From a virus (Duplodnaviria > Caudoviricetes): a stretch of 63,549 nt of DNA. Shown here one piece after another: positions 10,840 through 21,949 of the stretch. The position numbers and the translations under genes were made by a program. The DNA is taken from positions 1 through 63,549 of IMG/VR virus record IMGVR_UViG_3300021598_000208; one strand, written 5' to 3'. The notes beneath the pieces are model-generated. The model did no database searches, was not told the origin of the DNA, and saw nothing but the letters and a program-made list of their open reading frames with translations. Position 1 is the first letter of the stretch, and every line of letters starts with the position of its first letter.

Positions 10840-12696
10840 ATGGCAACATACTATAAATACGCAGAACGAAGTGCTGACTCGCAGATAAATTGGGCTGAGG
10901 TTGGTAAGAATATGAGCGATATGCTCCTTGAGGAAAATCGTATTCGTGAACAAAAAAAGACTGCAATTGATGCCGCTTCACGTAAGTATGGTCAGGTGCT
11001 TGCCAACTCTCCTATGGGAGAACACAGAACTGCAAGAGAAGCTACTTTAAAGTTTGCTGATGATGCTGCTAATTATATGAGAATGCAAGACCAACTTTTG
11101 AAGTCAGGTCAAATGAAATTAAAAGACTATACAATTGCTCGTCAAAATTTATTGGACGGAACTGAAAATGCATTTGCTGCAATGAAAGAGTTTCAGAATG
11201 ATTATGGTGAGTTAATGGAAAGAGCAAAGACCAATCAATCTGCTCTTCTTGAGTTAAGAAGTATGGAGCAGGTTCAAAAATTTGGCAATTGGACTAAGTC
11301 AGGTTTTTATATTAATCCAACAGACGGTAATGTTAACGTTGCTATGATGACTGAAAAAGACATTAATGGCAAAAAAGTTTATACGATGGATGACAATCCG
11401 GGTGAATTTGCATCTGTAAATTACGTAAGAGGATTAATTAAAACAAGGTTTAATAGGTACGACCCTAACGCAGCAGCTGATGGTTTTGTTAAAGCTATGG
11501 GTACTCAAATTGAAGCAGTACAGAAAGCTGTAGCTGATTTGAGGAATCAGGGATTGATTCAAACTGTTACTGACATTAGAAATAAAAAGACTATAGACCC
11601 TGTAACAAATCAAATTATATACAACATTGATATGGCTGAAAATCAAGCCGTACAAGCCGCACTTGCTAATGATTACGATAGAGCATCACTTCTTACTGAT
11701 AGTAAAAAGACTGCTCCTAATGGTAAGCTGTATGATTTTACAGACAATGCTCAAGAAGCTGCAGCTAATCCTAATTTAATACTTAAAACATACGACCCAA
11801 ATACGGGTCAAATTGCTCTTAAGTTTACTGATAAGCAGATTAAGGATTCTAACGATTATATGTTAACTGAATTTAGAAGAAGATATGATTACGAGAAAGA
11901 CATTAAAACAACTCCTCAAACTCAATTACAAGAACGTAGAGCACCTACTCCGGGAGAGATTGATGAGAAAAATAAATTAGCAGATGCTAGAAACTTTGCG
12001 CAAAATATGGCTACAGCATTAACAGGAAAAGACCCTGTTGCTGTTGGCAATGCAATTAAATATTTAGCAAATAAGTCAGGTAAGATAGTTAATAGAACAG
12101 CATCCGGAATTACTGTATCAAATACAGATGGTTCAAATGCAAGTACATACAATTTTAATGAAGCAGGAAAATTAGCTGACCCTAAAAAATTAACTACTGC
12201 GTTGGTTTCTGCTTTTGGTGTTGAGTTACCTGAAGACAAAATAGTTAACTTTGCTAATCAATTTATAGGAAACAATCCATTAGAAACAAAAACATCAGCA
12301 TCAGGATTCGCTCCTAAACCAACAAATATAAGTCCAATAGATGCGTATAATCGGGAAGTAGATGTTTCAGTTTCAAAAAGTCCTGCAGCTAAATGGGCTT
12401 CAGAGGATGCTTTTGCTAAAGAATTAAATAATGCTGTTACTAAATTTGGATATACGGCTAAGTCTTCACTTGCAACAGAAGGTGTATATTTGAGAGATAA
12501 AGATGGTAATGATTCTGAAGTTTTTGAAATAACAAAAGATGAAGCACAAAATAAAAAAGTATTGAAACGCATTTCTGATTGGATTAAAAATGACCTTAAA
12601 GGAGCGACACCTGAAGAAAAGGAAGCAAATGCAGGAAGTGCACTACAAACATTAGGTGTTACAAAACCGGGTGGGGTAGGAGCAAAATATAACTAA
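10840..12696 (+). CDS. Putative internal virion/ejection protein
   Basis: 618 aa helical protein within the ejection cluster. Confidence 0.55.
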   Translation: MATYYKYAERSADSQINWAEVGKNMSDMLLEENRIREQKKTAIDAASRKYGQVLANSPMGEHRTAREATLKFADDAANYMRMQDQLLKSGQMKLKDYTIARQNLLDGTENAFAAMKEFQNDYGELMERAKTNQSALLELRSMEQVQKFGNWTKSGFYINPTDGNVNVAMMTEKDINGKKVYTMDDNPGEFASVNYVRGLIKTRFNRYDPNAAADGFVKAMGTQIEAVQKAVADLRNQGLIQTVTDIRNKKTIDPVTNQIIYNIDMAENQAVQAALANDYDRASLLTDSKKTAPNGKLYDFTDNAQEAAANPNLILKTYDPNTGQIALKFTDKQIKDSNDYMLTEFRRRYDYEKDIKTTPQTQLQERRAPTPGEIDEKNKLADARNFAQNMATALTGKDPVAVGNAIKYLANKSGKIVNRTASGITVSNTDGSNASTYNFNEAGKLADPKKLTTALVSAFGVELPEDKIVNFANQFIGNNPLETKTSASGFAPKPTNISPIDAYNREVDVSVSKSPAAKWASEDAFAKELNNAVTKFGYTAKSSLATEGVYLRDKDGNDSEVFEITKDEAQNKKVLKRISDWIKNDLKGATPEEKEANAGSALQTLGVTKPGGVGAKYN

Positions 12697-12714
12697 TAGA
12701 TATAAACAAATAAT

Positions 12715-15700
12715 ATGAACGAGCAAGCATTACAGGACGCATACAATTTATTTGTAAGTCAAGGATACAAAAAAAGTATTGATGACTTTAAACAATTAAT
12801 TGCAACAAACCCTGAAGCGTTAAATGATTCTTATAGTTTATTTAAGTCTCAAGGTTATAACAAAAGTGTTGATGATTATAAAAATCTATTAGGAGTTTCT
12901 TCTGTTGCAGGTCAGCCTATTGTAAAAAAAAAAGTTACTACGGCTTTACCTTCGGAAGTTGGTTCTGTGGTTTCGTCAAAACCGACTGAAGATAAAGAAG
13001 TTGGATTTATTGGCAATTTAGCTTCATCTCTTGATAAGGCTGTTTTAAAAGGTTTTATTGGAGAGCCTATAAAAGCATTAGGTACATTTTTAGAATGGGG
13101 TACAAGTAAAGTTACCGGAGGTTCAGGTAAAGCGCCTATTAGCGATGCTTTAATAAAATTTGGTACAGAATACAATAAAATTATTGATGAACTTACCCCT
13201 CAGGATGAAGAGTTCAAAGGAACATTAACAGACCAATTTGGTCAAGCATTTGGGCAATTAGCATCTTTGGTTGCTACACAAGGTGCTGCAGGATTAATAG
13301 GAAATGCAGGTAAAGCTGCAACTGCATTAGAAATGGCACAGATGTCAGCGCAAGCTATCCCAAAAGCAACAGGCGCTTTTACGGCAGCTGCTAAAGAACT
13401 TGGTAAGACAATAAGCGCACCTGCTTCAGTAAGTGCAGGTCTTGCAATGGGTCAATCTGAATTTGAAAGAGCAAAAGAGGCAGGAGCAACTGATGAACAG
13501 GCTTACAATGTATTCTTAAAAAACTTATCCGTTGGTTCTGTTTTAGAAGCCATTCCTGTTATGGGATTCTTAAAAAGATTCAATAAAGCATCTGCAGGTG
13601 GTGTAGTCAATTATTTAAAAACTAAAGCAGTAGGTGGTCTTGTCGGTGGTACTGAGGAGATGACTACTGAAGTAATGCAGCAGTTGTACGCTAACCAAAC
13701 AGCAAAAGATATATATAATACGAATCAGGATTTATTTGAAGGCGTTGCTGAATCAGGAGGAGTAGGTTTTGGTGTTGGTTTCTTGCTTAACGCAATGGGT
13801 GCTAATGCTAAGATTCTTAGAAAAGAAGGAAAAAATGAAGAAGCAGATGTTGTAGAGCAACAAATAAAAGAATTTGAGCAGCAAGCAAAAAATGGCGGAC
13901 CTTCATCATATGCCTTTAATGGTATAAAAATACAACCTCTTCAAAAAGAAGACGGAACTATTGAAGACCCGACCTCGCTTATGACATCCATTATTGATAA
14001 TATGGATGGCAATGAATTAGCAAAAGCTAATATTGAAATAGTTAATGACCCTGCTCTTAAATTAAAGATGCAAGACAAAATTGTTACGGCATCTATTAAA
14101 GAACAAGTAAGGCAAGGTAATCCTGAACTTAATGAACCGAGCATTAATGCAATTACTGAATTAGAAAAAGAACTAAGAAAATTAGAAGGTAATACCACTC
14201 AGACAGGTAAGGATAAAGCTGCAGCCATACGTGCTCAGATTAAAAATATTCAAGAGAATCAGCTACAAGAAGAAGCTGTAACAGAAACAATAAAATCAGA
14301 ACAAGATGCCATTCAAAAGCAAGCAGCAGGTCAAGTACCTGTACAGCCAACAACCGGAATTAGCCAAGAAGTGGAGGGAGGAAAGCCCCAAGCAAAACTT
14401 GAAGGCATTACCGAAGAAGGTGAAACAACTGAAGTCAATCAAAAAGAAGTAATCATTGGTGCTCCTAAACAAGTGTCTTCAAAGACACTAACAGAACAAG
14501 AGCAGATTGCTCGTATGGAAGAAATGTTTGCTGAGCAGGAAGTGCCTGATGCTCCTCCTGTAAATCAAGGCACGTCAGTAACTAACAAGTCTGCATTAGA
14601 CCAAGTAAAGACTAAACTAAAAGATGATGCAAAAATATCTATTGTGGAGTCGGCACAAAGAGTCCTTACAACACTTCAATCAGTCCTTCCAAACTTTGAC
14701 ATTGTAGTGCACGATACCGATGATAGTTACGAAGCAGCTATGGGTTCAATTAATGCAACCCCGGATTCTGCAGGTAACTTCTCATATGTTAAAATGCCTG
14801 ATGGGTCATATGTTGGTCGTATTGACATCAACTTAAATAGAGCAAACCAAAGAACAGTAGGTCACGAAGTTGCCCACGGTGTTATGCTTAAAGCATTTGG
14901 AGAAAGTCCTGAGACATTTAAGAGCTTCAAGAACAGGATTGCATCTGTACTAAGTGAGAGTTCAAACAAGCAGCTATCTGACTTTGCAAGTCAATACGCT
15001 GAGATTGATTCATACGAGGAGTATCTTGCTGAATTAACTGCCGCATTAGAGCAACAGGAAGGCAAGATTGATACCACTACAATGCAGAGAATAGCTGCAT
15101 TAATTAATGAGTTGGTATCTAAAATTACTAATGGAGCATTCACTCCATTCCAAAATACGGCTGATACCAAAGAAGCAGTTGAGTTCTTTAGAAACATATC
15201 AGAGTCAATCCGTAAAGGTGAGGCTATCAAAGAAGCTGATATTGCTATTAAAAAGAAAGATACAAAAGAGGCTAAAGCTGAAAGAAAATCAAAGGCTCAG
15301 ATAATTGGTCGTAACGCACAGCTATCTGCTATTGCTAAGTTTAATTTAAACTTGGCTCGAGAGATGCAGAATAATAAGATGCCTGCTAAAGATATTAGAT
15401 TGGCTACCGGTTGGGAGAAGGGTTTAGATAAAAAATGGAGATACGAAATTCCTGATGGTAAGTTTAAAGACATTGACTTAGATGATTTAAAAAAAATAAT
15501 TGATAACGATGGTACAGCTATTAGGGTTTCTAAATTAGGAGATATATTTGATGCTCCTGATTTGTACCAAGCATATCCTGAAATTAAAGATATAAACGTT
15601 AGATTTAAAGAGTTGCCTCCAAGAAACTACGGTTCTTTTAATATTAGAGATAAAGTAATTACGGTTAATAAAGACCTGTACAATGAAAAAAGACCGGAGG

Positions 15701-16998
15701 CAGAGTTGACTATGCTTCACGAAATGCAGCACTACATTCAAAACGTAGAGTTGTTTGAGCGTGGGTCTAATCAAGCGTATGCTCCGATTATGATGAAGTA
15801 TATTATTAATGACTTCAAAAGCAAGGTTGATGCTCAAAAAAAGAATTATGATGAATTAAAAAAAGCATTCCCTGATAACAAAGAGGCTATTAAAAATTAC
15901 CGTGATTTATATAAGTCAGCTAAAGAAAAATACGAAAAGGTTAAAGACTTAGCATTACAAAAGCAAAGCAAGGAGACAAAAAAATCTCTTAAAGAAATGG
16001 GAGAAAGCGCAGGCGTAACTATTTCTACCTCTGATATATTTGGCAAGAAAGCTGCTGACGCATTTAACCTGTACTACAGAGTAGCAGGTGAAGTTGAAGC
16101 AAGAAACGTAGAGAACAGAAGCAAGTTAACTCCTGAGGAAAGAAGAAAGACAATGCTTGCTGAGACAGAGAACATTGACAGGGAAGACCAAATTATGTTT
16201 GATAACAGCGAGTTACTGTTTACCGAAGAGGTTCAAAATCTAAAAGAAGAATTTCCTGTATCAAAGGCGCAGCTTAGCAATGACAATAAGGTTTCAAAAC
16301 TAATTAAAGATGCAAGAGCGCAAGGATTTTCTGAGGCTGCCATTGAGACATTCTTAAAAGGTAAAGGTTTTAGTACTCAGCAAATCAATGCAGCAATGGG
16401 TAAAGAAACAGAAGCTGCAGGGAGAGTTGCTTTATCTGAAGAGATGCTACCGGGTTACACCAACTTAATGGCAAAGGTGGATTCATTGATTAAAAAAGGA
16501 GATTCATTAAGAGGCGTTCTTAGTTTCTTAAAAAATTCTAATGAATACATAAACGCTACTGACATCCAAAAAGAAAAGTTAGTTCGTGAACTACGTAAGA
16601 AACTTGGTATTAGAGAGAAGTCAGCGCCAACGGCTCAAAGACTACTTGGATTAATACAGGATGTTACTAAGATTACATTAACTGAAAAGCAGTTCTTTAC
16701 TAAGCAAATTAAAGACTTGGCAAGAGGGGCAAAGGATGCCAAGAAACTGTGGAGACAAGCAAGCAGTGAGTTAACCAAAGAATTAAAAGAATTAGCATCT
16801 TCAGGTAAGATTACAGCTAAGCAATTGGCTGCTGTATTACGTAAGTTTTCTTCTGTAGATATGTTCAAAGAGAAGTCAATAGAAAAGTTTGTTGACTATA
16901 TGGAGAAGGTATTCTCTGATGCAGAGTACGCAAGCAAACTTGATTTTGCAAGAAGCACGCTTAAAAGTTACCGAAGATATATTGGATGCAATTGCTGA
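12715..16998 (+). CDS. Giant ejection/polyvalent protein, N-terminal part (zincin HExxH motifs, LPD23-like domain)
   Basis: Contains GHEVAHG and LHEMQH motifs and ATGWEKG..KKWRYEI...YYRVAGEVEARNV. The reading frame breaks near 16961. Confidence 0.65.
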   Translation: MNEQALQDAYNLFVSQGYKKSIDDFKQLIATNPEALNDSYSLFKSQGYNKSVDDYKNLLGVSSVAGQPIVKKKVTTALPSEVGSVVSSKPTEDKEVGFIGNLASSLDKAVLKGFIGEPIKALGTFLEWGTSKVTGGSGKAPISDALIKFGTEYNKIIDELTPQDEEFKGTLTDQFGQAFGQLASLVATQGAAGLIGNAGKAATALEMAQMSAQAIPKATGAFTAAAKELGKTISAPASVSAGLAMGQSEFERAKEAGATDEQAYNVFLKNLSVGSVLEAIPVMGFLKRFNKASAGGVVNYLKTKAVGGLVGGTEEMTTEVMQQLYANQTAKDIYNTNQDLFEGVAESGGVGFGVGFLLNAMGANAKILRKEGKNEEADVVEQQIKEFEQQAKNGGPSSYAFNGIKIQPLQKEDGTIEDPTSLMTSIIDNMDGNELAKANIEIVNDPALKLKMQDKIVTASIKEQVRQGNPELNEPSINAITELEKELRKLEGNTTQTGKDKAAAIRAQIKNIQENQLQEEAVTETIKSEQDAIQKQAAGQVPVQPTTGISQEVEGGKPQAKLEGITEEGETTEVNQKEVIIGAPKQVSSKTLTEQEQIARMEEMFAEQEVPDAPPVNQGTSVTNKSALDQVKTKLKDDAKISIVESAQRVLTTLQSVLPNFDIVVHDTDDSYEAAMGSINATPDSAGNFSYVKMPDGSYVGRIDINLNRANQRTVGHEVAHGVMLKAFGESPETFKSFKNRIASVLSESSNKQLSDFASQYAEIDSYEEYLAELTAALEQQEGKIDTTTMQRIAALINELVSKITNGAFTPFQNTADTKEAVEFFRNISESIRKGEAIKEADIAIKKKDTKEAKAERKSKAQIIGRNAQLSAIAKFNLNLAREMQNNKMPAKDIRLATGWEKGLDKKWRYEIPDGKFKDIDLDDLKKIIDNDGTAIRVSKLGDIFDAPDLYQAYPEIKDINVRFKELPPRNYGSFNIRDKVITVNKDLYNEKRPEAELTMLHEMQHYIQNVELFERGSNQAYAPIMMKYIINDFKSKVDAQKKNYDELKKAFPDNKEAIKNYRDLYKSAKEKYEKVKDLALQKQSKETKKSLKEMGESAGVTISTSDIFGKKAADAFNLYYRVAGEVEARNVENRSKLTPEERRKTMLAETENIDREDQIMFDNSELLFTEEVQNLKEEFPVSKAQLSNDNKVSKLIKDARAQGFSEAAIETFLKGKGFSTQQINAAMGKETEAAGRVALSEEMLPGYTNLMAKVDSLIKKGDSLRGVLSFLKNSNEYINATDIQKEKLVRELRKKLGIREKSAPTAQRLLGLIQDVTKITLTEKQFFTKQIKDLARGAKDAKKLWRQASSELTKELKELASSGKITAKQLAAVLRKFSSVDMFKEKSIEKFVDYMEKVFSDAEYASKLDFARSTLKSYRRYIGCNC
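14473..14488 (+). repeat. 16-bp palindrome copy 2 (intragenic)
   Basis: Exact GTGTCTTCAAAGACAC, read as VSSKT. Confidence 0.95.
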
Positions 16999-19900
16999 AG
17001 AGCAGTCTCTTGCAGATGAATTAGCTGATAGATTTAACGAGTCTCCTAATAAATTATTTAGTGATGATGGAAAGTTAGATTTTGCTCAAAGCCTAAAAGA
17101 GATGGTTAAAGAAGGTGAGATTACTGAAGCGGAGGCTGATATAATGCGTAAGTATAAGTCAGATATACTCCCTCAAGTAGAGTCAAAAAAAATGACCGAG
17201 CAAGAAATTGCAGAAGAGAAGGAAGGTTTAATAAGAGAGATTGAAGATGCTAATGTTGATTCAAGTGGTTTGCCTACGGCAGATGAGCGTTCATTGGCAA
17301 ATCAATTAAGAGACCTAATCAAAACAAAAGCAATCGACAAGCTGAACAATACAGACTTGAAGAATTTGCTTAAAGTAATTAGCAACATCAACAATAATTA
17401 CTTGCCTCATTTTGCTCAGGTATTGGTAGAAAAAATGAATGCTATCAATGAGGGAGAGAAGTTATCTTCTGCGGTAGGGAAAGCAAAACTGCCTAAACTA
17501 TCTACATTGTACGCTAAGTTCAAAAATTTATTTACCGGTAAGGGTGCTACTCTTGAGTTGGTTAGAAGAAGTCCTCTTTACTATATAGACCAAGTGTTTG
17601 GTAACTTTAAAACTAAGGACATCTACAACTCACTATTGAAGAAAGCGGCTCAAGGTGAAGCAAGATTTACATCAGAACTAAAGAAGGTTCAGAATATATT
17701 AGAAAGAGCAGAAGAGAAGGTTGCTAAGTCATTTGACCTTGATGGGAATGACACATTGATGTCTAAATTCAAGATGATGACCTATATGATTCAGCTTGAG
17801 TATGATTCAAACGTAGGGGATAAACAAGTTAATCCTGCAGCTGATTATCTTAAAGCTACAATCAAACATATTGATGAAGGCAAATCTCAATTTGGTGAGC
17901 GTGATGCAGAGATGCTACAAGACATACTTAACAAGTACGGAAAAGTTGTAGGCAAGGATGAGAATGGTAAAGACATTATTGAGATAGACAATCAGAAGCT
18001 GTACGATTCATTTAACAAAGCAGAGAAGGATGCCATTAAGGATATTCGTGGTATCAATGAGTCATTAAGAGGTAAGGCTGAGTATACTGCAGCAATTATT
18101 CGTGGCGATAAAATCAGTCCACTAAATAACTACGTACACTTAAACGTACTTCACGAGACTCAACCTAATGAGTTGACATCAGGCTCTGCCTTTATCACTG
18201 AGTTCAACAACTCAATGAGACCATCTACAAAGGCTAAGTCTTTGATAGCAAGAACAGGTAAGGTTTCTCCTTTGAACTTTGATGTGTTTGCATCTGCTCA
18301 GCGTGGCGCTAAGTTTGTATTGATGGATTACAATTTAACTGAGCCAATCAGGACTGCTCGTAAGACGCTTAATCAGGCTCTTTTAAACTTGGAGGAGCAA
18401 GGAAGAATACCTAAGGAAAACAGACAGGTATTTAATGCCATAAGAGATGCGTTTGAAGAGGCTGTTGAGAATCTTTTGACCAACTCTTATATCTCAAATG
18501 CTTTCTTAGATAATGTCATTGATTACATAAACAAGCAAGGTTACAGAGCCGTTCTCGCAGGAACAAGCAGATTTGTATCAGAGTTAAGTTCAAACATCTC
18601 GTTTGCAATTATTTCGGACCCGAGCGCATTTAAGACAGGTTACGATAATAGAGATGTGATTATGTCTACTGATGCTCCTACTATTATGAGTAATGTAGGT
18701 AGTACTCAAACAAGTAGAATCTTCCCTACTGATACTTTATCAGGCAAGTTGATTGACACAAACGTATTGAACCAAGCGAATGGTATTAAGGGCGGTAAAG
18801 CAAAAGGATATATTGCCAATAAAATTCAACAACTATTTAACCGTACAGGTAAAAAGTATTTGAACACTGTAGAGTTAACAGCAGATGCTTTAATATCTAC
18901 ACCGGATAAGATTGTAATGCGTCCTATTTGGTTTGGTTCATTTGCAAATGAGTTTAAAAAGATTACAGGCAAAGACGTAAACTTTGATAAGATTGCTGCC
19001 AACGATGAGGCTTATATGTCTCAGAACAAAGAGGCGATTGATAAGTCAAAGAACTTTGCTGACGAGCGTTCTGTGTTTACGGGTGCTTCAGATAATGCGT
19101 TTATGGGAATCCTAAAAGGAACTCCTAAACCTAATCAAAGCGGATGGTTAAGAGCGTTTAATAACTTTAATAACTTTATGACTCGCTTCTTGATATTTGA
19201 ATATGCTACTGCACGTGCAGGTATCAATGCTGCTATAGGCAATGGCTCAATGACTAAGAAGGAAGGTGCTGCATTGGTTGCTGCGGTTACCACTCGTATG
19301 ATGGTATACAGCTTACTAACTCAGGCTTTAGGTAATGGTCTTATGGGTCTATTCTTTGATGACGAGGAGGAAGAAAATGACGATACAATCCTTCAAAACA
19401 TTGGTCAAGCATTTGCATCTGCATTCTCTTCAATAGCATTGGGTAGAGACTTTGGTAACGCTACGAAACTATTCATTAACGAAGGAGTAGAACGTGCCAA
19501 TGAAGAATACCTTGACTTTTTAAGAACAGGAGAGTACGATAGATACGAAGATAATATCCAAAACTCTTTAGTCCCTCAAGAAAAGAAAGGAAGACAAACA
19601 GGTGTTTGGGATTATGTTAAAAATATGGGAGGAGCATTTACTCCTATTTTAAAGACTACAGATTTAATCATCAAGAATAAAACTGCTGCTGAACCTAAAA
19701 CAGCAGAAGCTATAAAGAGAAGAGAGAAAGAAAGCAATATTCGTATTCCTTTAGAGATTGCCGGCAACTTAGGTCTTGTTCCTATGTATAAGGATATTAG
19801 AAAGGCGGCTATGAACGACATCTATAAAGACCTTGACAAGAATAAGGGTGTAGAGGTAGAGCCTTTAAGTGAGAATCAAAATGACCAAATTAAAGCACTT

Positions 19901-20293
19901 CGTGAATTAAAACAAACGACACAAGATGATGATGCTTTAAGAGAAATAAATAAAAAAATAAGAGAGATTCAAGCCACAGGTGAGCAAGCTAAAAAATACG
20001 AAGAGGCAAGTAAGAGAGAGTCTGAAAAAAAGAAGAGATTGCTTTATGATTCAGGTGAAGGTGTTAGATATGATAATCCATCAGAGATGAAAAGATATAA
20101 CCCAAGGTTATATAACGAAAGATTCGGTCCCGAGTCTGATTGGTATCAAACTCACAAAGCTGAAGCTGATATTGAAAAGGCTATGAACAAAGAGATTCGC
20201 AAGATGGAAGATGAAGAGTTTCAATACACTCCAAATCCTAAAAACAAATCAGGTAGAAACTCTGATGGAACAATGAAAAGAACAAGAAACTAA
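16889..20293 (+). CDS. Giant ejection protein, C-terminal part (+1 frame continuation)
   Basis: 1134 aa ORF with a weak TTG start that overlaps the previous ORF. Plausible coding sequence begins near 16961. Confidence 0.65.
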   Translation: MLTIWRRYSLMQSTQANLILQEARLKVTEDILDAIAEEQSLADELADRFNESPNKLFSDDGKLDFAQSLKEMVKEGEITEAEADIMRKYKSDILPQVESKKMTEQEIAEEKEGLIREIEDANVDSSGLPTADERSLANQLRDLIKTKAIDKLNNTDLKNLLKVISNINNNYLPHFAQVLVEKMNAINEGEKLSSAVGKAKLPKLSTLYAKFKNLFTGKGATLELVRRSPLYYIDQVFGNFKTKDIYNSLLKKAAQGEARFTSELKKVQNILERAEEKVAKSFDLDGNDTLMSKFKMMTYMIQLEYDSNVGDKQVNPAADYLKATIKHIDEGKSQFGERDAEMLQDILNKYGKVVGKDENGKDIIEIDNQKLYDSFNKAEKDAIKDIRGINESLRGKAEYTAAIIRGDKISPLNNYVHLNVLHETQPNELTSGSAFITEFNNSMRPSTKAKSLIARTGKVSPLNFDVFASAQRGAKFVLMDYNLTEPIRTARKTLNQALLNLEEQGRIPKENRQVFNAIRDAFEEAVENLLTNSYISNAFLDNVIDYINKQGYRAVLAGTSRFVSELSSNISFAIISDPSAFKTGYDNRDVIMSTDAPTIMSNVGSTQTSRIFPTDTLSGKLIDTNVLNQANGIKGGKAKGYIANKIQQLFNRTGKKYLNTVELTADALISTPDKIVMRPIWFGSFANEFKKITGKDVNFDKIAANDEAYMSQNKEAIDKSKNFADERSVFTGASDNAFMGILKGTPKPNQSGWLRAFNNFNNFMTRFLIFEYATARAGINAAIGNGSMTKKEGAALVAAVTTRMMVYSLLTQALGNGLMGLFFDDEEEENDDTILQNIGQAFASAFSSIALGRDFGNATKLFINEGVERANEEYLDFLRTGEYDRYEDNIQNSLVPQEKKGRQTGVWDYVKNMGGAFTPILKTTDLIIKNKTAAEPKTAEAIKRREKESNIRIPLEIAGNLGLVPMYKDIRKAAMNDIYKDLDKNKGVEVEPLSENQNDQIKALRELKQTTQDDDALREINKKIREIQATGEQAKKYEEASKRESEKKKRLLYDSGEGVRYDNPSEMKRYNPRLYNERFGPESDWYQTHKAEADIEKAMNKEIRKMEDEEFQYTPNPKNKSGRNSDGTMKRTRN

Positions 20294-20703
20294 ACGTACC
20301 TAACGTACTTCAATGCTTTTTGTTTATCGTAATAAACCATAAGTTCAGCATCATTTGTAGAACCAACACGGGGAGGGCGACCTCCCCATTTAATCTCTCC
20401 GGATAGTTTGTTTGCCATACCGTATATGATTCCATCATCACACGCCCATATAATTACAGGCGTGAGTCTTTTGTCTGTTAGTTTAACTAATTTTCTTGCA
20501 GCCACAGGTAAAGGATACGCATCACGGATTGTCCGTACACGTCCCTTCACTTCTGCGTATGCTATTAAATTCTTGTCCTTATCAAATACTTTGTAGTCAA
20601 CATCGTGCGGGTCCAATTTCAAATATGAACCACCAAAAATACTTACAAATAACTCTATTGCTTTTTTCTCCCTTATTAAATCAGCTTCTGTTTCAAAAGT
20701 CAT
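20290..20703 (-). CDS. PD-(D/E)XK-like nuclease
   Basis: VDYKV...YAEVKGR motif. Confidence 0.5.
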   Translation of the reverse strand: MTFETEADLIREKKAIELFVSIFGGSYLKLDPHDVDYKVFDKDKNLIAYAEVKGRVRTIRDAYPLPVAARKLVKLTDKRLTPVIIWACDDGIIYGMANKLSGEIKWGGRPPRVGSTNDAELMVYYDKQKALKYVRYV

Positions 20704-20893
20704 CGTCTTCCATTGATTTTAATATTAGTCGCAGGTCTATTATTAGGTTTCTAATATCTTTTTCTGCGGGGACAAAGTCCCTATCCACGAGATTCTCGTA
20801 GATGTTTGCTAACAGCAGATGCTGTTCATTTATTCTAAAGGCAATACGCTCCGCTCGAGCATTCTCACCATTTAAGTTCTTGTCCATAGTCAC
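20693..20893 (-). CDS. Hypothetical protein
   Basis: 66 aa ORF tiled in the minus-strand operon. Confidence 0.6.
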   Translation of the reverse strand: MTMDKNLNGENARAERIAFRINEQHLLLANIYENLVDRDFVPAEKDIRNLIIDLRLILKSMEDDDF

Positions 20894-21404
20894 TTAGTCC
20901 ATTAAACATTAAGTTAATTTTTCTAAGCACAAAAGACTCTTTGCCAATTGGTGTCCGATTTTCTATGTACTCGAGTATTTGTTCGAGCCTTTTATACTTG
21001 TCTACCTGACTTTGCAGGGTAGTGTTCTCCAAAATTAATCTTTCTATTTGATTTTTTAGACTAATATTAGACACTTGCAGTTCCTTTTCTGTTATGCTGA
21101 AGACTGTAGGTTCTTTGTCTCTCATAAACTCTGTGTAGCATTTGACATACTGATTATGGTAGTAAGGTAGTTGCGACAGCATATCATCCACCATTGAGCC
21201 ATAATGCACAATTGTCGTATGGTCTTTACCTAAGTACTTACCTATTGCTGTAGTGGTGTGTCCTCTCTCACGTAATATTTTTGCAAATAACATACGTGCG
21301 TCTACAATTTCTCTGCTTCTTTTTCTTGACTTTATCTTGATGTCAAATACTTTGTTTACTACTTCTTCTAATTCTATAAAGTCTGATGGTATATTGTCTT
21401 GCAT
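20865..21404 (-). CDS. DnaA C-terminal (domain IV)-like HTH protein with coiled coil
   Basis: KSRKRSREIVDARML...TTAIGKYLGKDHTTIVH matches the DnaA domain IV signature. Confidence 0.75.
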   Translation of the reverse strand: MQDNIPSDFIELEEVVNKVFDIKIKSRKRSREIVDARMLFAKILRERGHTTTAIGKYLGKDHTTIVHYGSMVDDMLSQLPYYHNQYVKCYTEFMRDKEPTVFSITEKELQVSNISLKNQIERLILENTTLQSQVDKYKRLEQILEYIENRTPIGKESFVLRKINLMFNGLSDYGQELKW

Positions 21405-21408
21405 AAAT

Positions 21409-21651
21409 TTATTTTCCTTTAAATACTTCTACTTTAATTCCGTGTTTTTCTAATTCTTTGTGTCTAAACTCCTGTAACTTAGATACTTTACCGTCAGGTT
21501 TTTTTACCTCAACAAATAATACGTCTGAATTTGGAGGGATAGCTATCAGGTCAGGTATACCATTCTTGTTGGTGTTAATCAACTTAATGACATAGTAACC
21601 CTCATCTTCTAACTCTTTAATCCTTTTCGACTGTATCTGTTGCTCTTTCAT
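21409..21651 (-). CDS. VRR-NUC domain nuclease
   Basis: EQQIQ...GIPDL...LFVEVK.PDGKVSKLQ. Confidence 0.85.
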   Translation of the reverse strand: MKEQQIQSKRIKELEDEGYYVIKLINTNKNGIPDLIAIPPNSDVLFVEVKKPDGKVSKLQEFRHKELEKHGIKVEVFKGK

Positions 21652-21949
21652 TTAAGTGCGTTTGCTTCATTAATTCTTTAATAGACATATTGACTTGGGT
21701 ACACTCTTGAATAAAATCAATTAGCTTTTCTAACTCTTCCTGCGTGAAGGCGAACCTATTGGCTAAGAAGAACTCGTAAGGCATACAGCTTTCATCAAGG
21801 TCAATCTCTTCCAATTGAACCGCTAAAGTTTTCTGTGGGAGAACCACAATTGTAAAGATAATCGTATACTCATTACCTTCCTTTACCCATTTGTTCGCAG
21901 GTACTTTGCTCGGGCGATTCTTGTCGTTGATGCAGGTACATTTTACCAT
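21617..21949 (-). CDS. Hypothetical protein
   Basis: ATG 21949 (MVKCTCIND...); operon tiling. Confidence 0.65.
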   Translation of the reverse strand: MVKCTCINDKNRPSKVPANKWVKEGNEYTIIFTIVVLPQKTLAVQLEEIDLDESCMPYEFFLANRFAFTQEELEKLIDFIQECTQVNMSIKELMKQTHLNERATDTVEKD

